Source: Microcystis aeruginosa NIES-843 (GTDB lineage Bacteria; Cyanobacteriota; Cyanobacteriia; Cyanobacteriales; Microcystaceae). Taken from it: a DNA stretch of 32,000 nucleotides. A model generated the notes under the pieces. That model made no database searches, was not told the origin of the DNA, and saw nothing but the letters and a program-made list of their open reading frames with translations. A program made the position numbers and the translations under genes. Shown in pieces: positions 26,543 through 32,000 of the stretch. Within the stretch, counting starts at the first letter, position 1. Each line of letters opens with the position of its first letter. Location of the stretch: positions 3,660,001 through 3,692,000 of the forward strand of contig NC_010296.1 of the NCBI RefSeq assembly GCF_000010625.1, written 5' to 3'.

Positions 26543-26547
26543 ATAAC

Positions 26548-26650
26548 GTTTTTGTGGATGTTGTTAAAATTTCTCTTGACAAAGGCGACTTGACATGATA
26601 CTATATACATAATGCAAAATCCGTGCGCCTACAGACCCTATTTTCCAAAG
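26548..26650 (+). promoter_or_regulatory. Repeat core 3
   Basis: The -35 is at 26576-26581, followed by a 17-nt spacer and the -10 TACTAT at 26599-26604. The left palindrome arm has one change (TTGTTAA). Confidence 0.7.
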
Positions 26651-26671
26651 CATTCAAACTCTATCTTAATT

Positions 26672-26815
26672 CTACTTGCCAGAGTTGCGACAACATAGTT
26701 TTATATTCTCCATAATCGTTTGAGTATGGGGATGATTTTCCCCTAATCCTTCCCTGAAAATATTAATCGCTTCTAGATGGTTCCGCTTCTGTGTACCTGT
26801 CTTGGGAATGGTACA
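26672..26815 (-). pseudogene. Remnant of the C-terminus of a TPR-repeat protein
   Basis: The minus strand reads ...NHLEAINIFREGLGENHPHTQTIMENIKLCCRNSGK*, with a frameshifted ...RYTEAEP upstream. This is the TPR_12-type consensus, and there is no start codon. Confidence 0.45.
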
Positions 26816-26821
26816 ATAGTC

Positions 26822-27235
26822 CTAAATTATTGAGAGATACCAATTTTCATAACTAAGATTGGGAATATTTTGAAAATGCTTAATGTTAGCTGTAATCAGA
26901 GTATAATCACAATAAATAGCAGTCGCAGCAATAAACAAATCAATCGGGGTAATTAGTTGTCCTTTTATTCTAAGATTAACGTATATTTGAGTAGCTATAT
27001 CACTAATTTCACGATCATAACCAATTACTTCACTGACTTCTACAAGACGTTCAAATTGTTGTTGTTGATTTCGTGCATCTTTATACAATAAACCACTTTT
27101 AATCTCGTAATAGGTAAAGATTGAAAACGATATATAAGTATAGTGTTGTCGATAGATGCGGAATTGTTCAATTACTGCGGGATTGCCTCGTAAAAAATAA
27201 GAGAGGATATTGGTATCAAGTAATGCTTGTTTCAT
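26822..27235 (-). CDS. vapC: PIN-domain toxin VapC
   Basis: 137 aa. The N-terminus is LLDTNILSY (first acidic residue), and the PIN fold pattern continues through IDLFIAATAIYCDYTLITANIKHF. Confidence 0.85.
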   Translation of the reverse strand: MKQALLDTNILSYFLRGNPAVIEQFRIYRQHYTYISFSIFTYYEIKSGLLYKDARNQQQQFERLVEVSEVIGYDREISDIATQIYVNLRIKGQLITPIDLFIAATAIYCDYTLITANIKHFQNIPNLSYENWYLSII

Positions 27236-27468
27236 AAGTCATTTATCCGTCTTAAATCGAGTTGACGATTAGCTTCTGCTTCTTCGACAATCTCTTGCAT
27301 AGTATTTTCTATATCTGCTGCCATACCAGCAAATTCCATAAAGTCAACGTCTGGATGTTTTGTTTTTATAGATTGGACAAAATGCAGGATTTCCGGCAGC
27401 AGAGAAATGGGAGTTGTTTCAATTTCTTTAATAAGTTGTTCTTTGAGTGTCATAGCTTTATCAGTCAT
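27232..27468 (-). CDS. VapB-like antitoxin
   Basis: 78 aa, with a 4-nt overlap onto vapC. The start could instead be the second Met at 27453, because the first codons fall inside the heptamer tract. Confidence 0.65.
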   Translation of the reverse strand: MTDKAMTLKEQLIKEIETTPISLLPEILHFVQSIKTKHPDVDFMEFAGMAADIENTMQEIVEEAEANRQLDLRRINDL

Positions 27469-27533
27469 CAGTTATCAGTATCAGTTATCAGTGGTTAATT
27501 CAATCATAGTCAATGATAGGTGATGCGTTACGA

Positions 27534-27637
27534 CTAAATCTGGATGTTGTCAAAATTTCTCTTGACAAAGGCGACTTGACAGGATACTGTATTCATAATG
27601 GGAAATCCGTGCGCCTACGAACCCTCTTTTCCAACGG
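27534..27637 (+). promoter_or_regulatory. Repeat core 4 (weakened -10)
   Basis: The -35 is at 27562-27567, followed by a 17-nt spacer and a -10 of TACTGT at 27585-27590. Confidence 0.6.
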
Positions 27638-27840
27638 TCTTAACTATGATTGATGTGATTATTTGATTGACTATGATTCGTTCATTCAATCAATCAATCT
27701 TCATCTCTAATCCACTCTTAACTAGCTCCCTAATCACAGTCCATCAGATGATTACATCAACCACAGTCGATGGTGGTGGGTTAGGACGGATTGTTAGCTT
27801 GAAGTTAAAGCGGAAATTTCTGCCGTCTAACTACATTTTA

Positions 27841-27943
27841 CTAAATCTGGATGTTGTCAAAATTTCTCTTGACAAAGGCGACTTGACATGATATTATATT
27901 CATAATGGGAAATCCGTGCGCCTACAGACCCTCTTTTCCAACG
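27841..27943 (+). promoter_or_regulatory. Repeat core 5
   Basis: The -35 is at 27869-27874, followed by a 17-nt spacer and a -10 of TATTAT at 27892-27897. Confidence 0.7.
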
Positions 27944-28116
27944 CTCTTAACTATGATTGGTTCATTCAATCCATCTTCATCTCTAATCCACTCTTAACTA
28001 GCTCCCTAATCACAGTCCATCAGATGATTACATCAACCACAGTCGATGGTGGTGCGTGAGGACGGATTGTTAGCTTGAAGTTAAAGCGGAAATTTTGGCC
28101 GTCTAACTAGGTTTTA

Positions 28117-28219
28117 CTAAATCTGGATGTTGTCAAAATTTCTCTTGACAAAGGCGACTTGACATGATACTATATTTATAATGGAAAATCCGTGCGCCTA
28201 CAGACCCTCTTTTCCAATG
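28117..28219 (+). promoter_or_regulatory. Repeat core 6
   Basis: The -35 is at 28145-28150, followed by a 17-nt spacer and the -10 TACTAT at 28168-28173. Confidence 0.7.
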
Positions 28220-28286
28220 GTCTTAACTATGATTGATGTGATTATGTGATTGACTAGGATTGGTTCATTCAATCAATCTTCATCTC

Positions 28287-29233
28287 GGTGGTGATTCTGT
28301 AGTAGTGATGGCGGCTTAATCCTTTGCCAGGTGTGCATTGTAGTCATGGATAAAATACCAAACAGCCCCAACGTGATTCTCCATTTTTTTAGAGAAAGAT
28401 AGACTCTCTCTCACCAACCGAGAAATCCTTTGTCGAAAGGTATTATTTAATCTTTCAATAGGATTAGTTTGACCAGTTTCTTTCCCGACTGGTCGATGAC
28501 GTTTACTGGGAATTACTGTCTTATATGACTCCCAAAAGTCTGTGTAAGCAACTGCACATTGTCGGTAAACACCTGGTAAACTAGCCCAAAGTTTTTTGGC
28601 TGATTGACGACTCCTATCTCCGCGCATAGCAACCAATAATTTCCCTTGTATTTCTATCAATTAACCGCCAAATATAGACCTTTATCGTCTTAGAAAAAAC
28701 AAAAGACCACATTTCATCACATTCTCTAACCAATTTACCTTTTGGTTTGTCCGAAACCTTTATTTGACGGGGGACAGCCGCCAGTTTATTGTTGACATAA
28801 TTTTGTAACCATGACCAACTTACCCCTGTTACTCTAGCAATTCCTCGTCAGGAAATTCGTTCGAGCAAGAGTTTATCAATTAATTGTTTGGTTTCGTCAG
28901 AGACGGTTTTATTAGTGGGATTGATCACCAACTGACGACCACATTCTTTACCTTGACGTTTGGGTTTTCCATTATGAATAGAACCATTCTTGATCGTATG
29001 GTGAGAACCACAATTAGGACAGGGGAACGGAGGTGAAGGGGGTACTTTGTTCGGTGCTAGACTGATATTTCAGTAAGCCAGACAGGAGCCAGAAAAAGAT
29101 ATTTATCAGAAAAGTCATGATCAAGCTAGAGGTTTAAAGACTGATTCGAGCCAATTATTTTTATTAATAAATATTTTACACAATTCATACCAGGTAAGCA
29201 AGAGAGCTACGCCACTACTACCGAATCATTACC
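28287..29233 (-). mobile_element. IS1-family insertion sequence, decayed copy
   Basis: The terminal inverted repeats are GGTGGTGATTCTGTAGTAGTGATGGCG (28287 onward) and the reverse complement of 29207-29233, GGTAATGATTCGGTAGTAGTGGCG. The flanking 9-mers (cttcatctc and tcttttcgc) differ, so no target duplication is present. Confidence 0.75.
28316..29030 (-). pseudogene. IS1-family transposase (InsA zinc finger plus InsB core) with an in-frame stop and a frameshift
   Basis: The N-terminus is CPNCGSHHTIKNGSIHNGKPKRQGKECGRQ. An in-frame TGA lies near 28870 (ERIS*RGIARVTGVS). The frame breaks near 28650 (..REIIGCYARR versus ..AMRGDRSRQSAKKLW). The C-terminal part, YTDFWESY...TNPIERLNNTFRQRISRLVRESLSFSKK, is IS1-type. 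Confidence 0.75.
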
Positions 29234-29347
29234 TCTTTTCGCATCTTTATCGGGGGTGACGGGGGTATCTTCTGCGGTGATAATCCAAATGGTTTCTTCT
29301 GGCATAGCGTTCTCGTTTTTCGGCAATGGTTCTCCTTTATTATTCTA

Positions 29348-29627
29348 CCCACATTCCGCACCCTAAAGTGTCACATTGAAAATTTTATCTAAATCGTCAA
29401 AACGATTGCCGGCTCTGAATTACAGGCTAATTTGTTTGCCCAGCAGATGCACAATTAGCCCTAAAAATCTGATAGCTCTGATACCAAATTATTGAGATCA
29501 ACTCTCATTAAGCTGGCGATCGCTGACTAGAGTGTGACACTTCATAATTCTTAGTAATCGCTAAAAGTCTTACTATACAAGGGCTAGAGCAACTTTTGAT
29601 TTCAACGACTAGGGTGCGGAATGTGGG
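29348..29627. mobile_element. 280-bp MITE-like non-autonomous element
   Basis: Perfect 18-bp terminal inverted repeats are CCCACATTCCGCACCCTA (29348-29365) and TAGGGTGCGGAATGTGGG (29610-29627). An inner 10-bp pair is AAGTGTCACA (29366-29375) and TGTGACACTT (29533-29542). The element is flanked by the direct repeat ATTCTA (29342-29347 and 29628-29633) and has no ORF. Confidence 0.75.
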
Positions 29628-29683
29628 ATTCTAGTTACCCATTGCTAACTCACCTATAGAGATAGGGGTTAACTACAGAAACC

Positions 29684-29709
29684 AAAAAAGGGGGTTTAAA
29701 TACCCCCAA
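29684..29709 (-). terminator. Rho-independent terminator of argZ
   Basis: Read on the minus strand, this is GGGGG-tatttaaa-CCCCC followed by TTTTTT, about 34 nt after the stop codon. Confidence 0.65.
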
Positions 29710-29742
29710 AGCTCATAAGTTGTATGTTTTAGAGTATTGGTT

Positions 29743-31854
29743 TTAAACCGTTTCTACCAAGGGACGGGTTAACTTATCCAACTGTTGGGTTAACAGACTC
29801 AGGAATAAACCCACATCGGTGACAATACCGACGGATTCTACGGAACCTCGATCGCTTAATTTTGTCACCACGGCCGGGTTAATATCAACACAGACCATTT
29901 TCACCCCCGCCGGTGTCATATTGCCCACACCGATGGAATGGAGCATACTAGAGAGCATGAGAATCATGTCTGCACCTTGAATCAAGCGGGAATATTCTTC
30001 CTGTGCTTTAATTAAATCCATCTCCGTATCCGGAAGCGGACCATCATCGCGAATTGAACCGGCCAAACTGAAGGGGACATTATTCTTGACGCATTCATAC
30101 ATTACGCCTTTTGTCAATACCCCGGCCGATACAGCTTTGGCGATGCTGCCGTGGCGACGGATGAGGTTGATAATCTTGAGGTGGTGACGATGGCCACCGC
30201 GCACGGGGATGCCTTTCTGCATATCTACCCCTAAAGAAGTACCCATGATCGCCTGTTCCATGTCGTGAACTGCGATCGCATTTCCCCCCAGTAAAGCGTG
30301 AACGTAACCATCGCGGATTAAACGGGAGAGATGTTGCGCTCCTCCAGTGTGAATGACCACCGGACCTGCCGTTACTGCGACTTTACCGCCCTGGTCGCGA
30401 ATTTTACGCATTTCCCAGGCAATCTGCTCCACGGTTAACTCGACTCGGCGCTCGCTGGAAACCCCCGCACCCATAAAGGTAAATTCCTGGGTGCTGTTGC
30501 GTTGTTCCCTGGATTCCGCCTGTCGGATAGTACGGATGCCCTCAACTCCCACCATAACGCGATCGCCAGCTTTTAAATCCCGCAGCAGAGTACATTTTGC
30601 CGTTTTGCCTTCCGGACTTTCAGTGACGACGATGGCTGCATCCATGCGTTGATTTTCCACCCGCACCCATTCACAGCTAACCCGCACTTCCGTGGGATAG
30701 ATGGTGCTGACATAAAAATCATCGGGAGCGACCCCATCTTGTGCCACCACTGCGGTATTGACATCACAGATTTCTTGGGGACGAGCGGCCGCACCGAGGT
30801 CGATCAATTGTACCATGATCTCCTCCATTACCTCGTGAGAGGGTGCAGAAACGCGCACTTCGGCCGAGGAGGTACTTTGGCGCTCAATCCCTAAGGTGAA
30901 GTTTAAAACCTTGAAGCTGCCCCCATTTCCCACCACAACATCGAGAGCTTTATTCATAATTCCCGCGTCGAGCAGATGACCTTCTAGCTGGAGAATGCGA
31001 CTTTCAATGGTGACATTTGCGTGATGGTCTGGAATTAAGGGTTCGGTGGTACGCAGGGTTAAACATTTAGCGGCTCCTCCTGCTTTTAAGAACTCCGTCA
31101 GGGGAGTTTGTACCACTTCAAACCCTTTTGACACTAACTTATATTGTAAATCGTCACTAATTTTATTCATGACGATTACTTGACCGATATTCACAGCATT
31201 ACAAGCAAAGTTAACCGCATCGGCTTCTTCAACGATAATGCGTTTTTCTTCGGGAATTTTTAACTCAATTAACCGATTAGAATAGGCATCAAAAGCATCG
31301 GGATAGTAGAGGAGATAACCGCCACTAAGGGGACAAAAACAGGTATCAAGGTGATAGAAACGTTCATCGATTAAACGTAGGGATAAAACCTCTATATCGA
31401 GCCATTTAGCGATTAAAGGGTGGGAATCTAACTCAGTTCTGAAGCCATATCCTGCCCATAACCAACGTCCTTCCCGATCTAATAATGCGTCTCCTGCACC
31501 TTCAAAGGGTAAATCTTTGGGCAGTTCGTGAACCGTAAAACCGTTATCTTCAAACCACTGCTTAAAATAGGGTTCTTCTCCCTGTCTTTCTTTGTGTAAA
31601 AAGCGACTGAGAACGACTATTTTTTCCAGAACTAAACCTGCATTAGCGGTAAAAACCATGTCGGGCCAGCCTTTTTCTGGTGGGACTAAATCCACGAGCG
31701 CCCGATCTTTGAGAACATGATAAAGCTGCTGCCATTGTTGCCTAGCTTTTTCCTGGGAAGATTTGTGAATGTTGCCCTCCATCCAGGGATTAATCACATA
31801 ATCCACATCGTAATGATCGGGAGAACACATCAAAAAGCGAATAGTTTCAGTCAT
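29743..31854 (-). CDS. argZ: Arginine dihydrolase ArgZ/AgrE (guanidino-modifying enzyme domain fused to a LOR/SDH-ornithine cyclodeaminase-like domain)
   Basis: About 703 aa. The N-terminal amidinotransferase-fold domain (FLMCSPDHYDVDYVINPWM...) ends in the nucleophile motif GGAAKCLTLR. The C-terminal ~420 aa is a LOR/SDH-type region. This size and fusion match Synechocystis Sll1336 / Anabaena Alr4995. The ATG at 31854 is preferred over the TTG at 31866. Confidence 0.85.
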   Translation of the reverse strand: MTETIRFLMCSPDHYDVDYVINPWMEGNIHKSSQEKARQQWQQLYHVLKDRALVDLVPPEKGWPDMVFTANAGLVLEKIVVLSRFLHKERQGEEPYFKQWFEDNGFTVHELPKDLPFEGAGDALLDREGRWLWAGYGFRTELDSHPLIAKWLDIEVLSLRLIDERFYHLDTCFCPLSGGYLLYYPDAFDAYSNRLIELKIPEEKRIIVEEADAVNFACNAVNIGQVIVMNKISDDLQYKLVSKGFEVVQTPLTEFLKAGGAAKCLTLRTTEPLIPDHHANVTIESRILQLEGHLLDAGIMNKALDVVVGNGGSFKVLNFTLGIERQSTSSAEVRVSAPSHEVMEEIMVQLIDLGAAARPQEICDVNTAVVAQDGVAPDDFYVSTIYPTEVRVSCEWVRVENQRMDAAIVVTESPEGKTAKCTLLRDLKAGDRVMVGVEGIRTIRQAESREQRNSTQEFTFMGAGVSSERRVELTVEQIAWEMRKIRDQGGKVAVTAGPVVIHTGGAQHLSRLIRDGYVHALLGGNAIAVHDMEQAIMGTSLGVDMQKGIPVRGGHRHHLKIINLIRRHGSIAKAVSAGVLTKGVMYECVKNNVPFSLAGSIRDDGPLPDTEMDLIKAQEEYSRLIQGADMILMLSSMLHSIGVGNMTPAGVKMVCVDINPAVVTKLSDRGSVESVGIVTDVGLFLSLLTQQLDKLTRPLVETV

Positions 31855-32000
31855 ATTTTTTGACAATGAATATTCAGTATAAGTAGTCTGGAGATAAGTT
31901 TAGACCAATCTTCCATTATACTCTACTTTGCCCCGAAATATCACTAGGTCTAAGATTAGGACAATTCCCGCTCTACAAGCTAAAAACAGCCTTATTTTAG

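Larger units (their letters stand above)
24903..28286 (+). repeat. Array of promoter-bearing direct repeats interleaved with toxin-antitoxin cassettes (novel cassette-array-like locus)
   Basis: Six co-oriented ~100-bp cores start at 25008, 25704, 26548, 27534, 27841 and 28117. An associated upstream module, cagtgattaattcaatcatagtcgatgataggtgatgcgt, lies at 24963, 26454 and 27489, with divergent versions near 27755 and 28025. Heptamer tracts lie at 24903-24966 and 27470-27488. Confidence 0.9.

Noticed and set aside
27262-27498. 78-aa plus-strand ORF
   Set aside because: It is a mirror ORF antisense to the vapB-like gene, with low-complexity Phe/Cys-rich content.
27667-27891. 74-aa ORF inside the empty repeat units
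   Set aside because: It has a TTG start, runs through the promoter core, and the homologous frame in units 5 and 6 is broken by stops. It is an artefact of repeat sequence.
24903-28286. CRISPR array interpretation of the repeat/spacer layout
   Set aside because: The repeats are ~100-300 bp rather than 25-40 bp. The spacers are whole genes of 0.2-0.8 kb. No cas genes or leader-type organisation are present.
24903-28286. Classical integron
   Set aside because: The window has no intI-like tyrosine recombinase. The repeats lack the attC R''/L''-L'/R' imperfect-palindrome consensus (RYYYAAC...GTTRRRY). Cassettes occur in both orientations, and every repeat carries its own promoter. Only the overall layout is integron-like.
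30353-30894. ORFs 30353-30652 (+), 30573-30794 (-) and 30649-30894 (+)
   Set aside because: They lie within or antisense to argZ, which is continuous and has conserved domains throughout.
31915-31920. argZ promoter -10 box (TATAAT on the minus strand) with TGATAT 17 nt upstream
   Set aside because: The hexamer is present, but the -35 is weak and there is no supporting evidence. It is left unannotated.
1-32000. tRNA, rRNA or known riboswitch genes
   Set aside because: I found no cloverleaf-compatible segment with a GTTCGAATC-type T-loop outside coding regions. I also found no rRNA-like sequence and no recognisable FMN element upstream of ribD. A covariance-model scan (tRNAscan-SE, Infernal/Rfam) would be needed to be certain.

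Overview
The window looks like a cyanobacterial chromosome segment, probably Microcystis-like. That call is an inference from GCGATCGC (HIP1) sites, dispersed CAGTTAT and CCCCACTT microsatellites, GTAGGGG...CCCCTAC palindromes and a high IS/MITE load. All family calls come from motifs read in the supplied translations; no database search was possible.

Layout:
- 1-7.7 kb, accessory/defence-like. It holds a type I RM methylase (5' end outside the window) plus a half-size specificity subunit. Next comes a small membrane protein translationally coupled to a 965-aa CHAT (caspase-like)-NB-ARC-GUN4 protein, which is split in frame by a 1218-bp IS5-family element. A PD-(D/E)XK-like protein with an in-frame 21-bp repeat follows.
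- 8-24.8 kb, mostly housekeeping. It holds a membrane-anchored coiled-coil/BRCT protein with 72-bp repeats, a beta-hydroxyacid dehydrogenase, pterin carbinolamine dehydratase, an XPB-like helicase, htpG and ribD. It also holds two tandem ammonium transporters (a perfect NtcA box lies upstream of the first), a GT2 transferase, an alpha/beta hydrolase, an HDAC-like amidohydrolase and a FrhB-family (BciB-like) reductase.
- 24.9-28.3 kb, the most unusual part. Six same-orientation copies of a ~100-bp repeat each carry a consensus sigma70 promoter (TTGACA-N17-TACTAT), an operator-like palindrome and a conserved transcribed leader. They are interleaved with three different type II toxin-antitoxin cassettes (hicBA, phd/relE-like, vapBC) and two-plus empty units. 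The layout resembles an integron cassette array or an sRNA tandem array, but no integrase, attC consensus or cas genes are present. A decayed IS1 truncates it.
- 29.3-31.9 kb. A 280-bp MITE and the arginine dihydrolase gene argZ/agrE.
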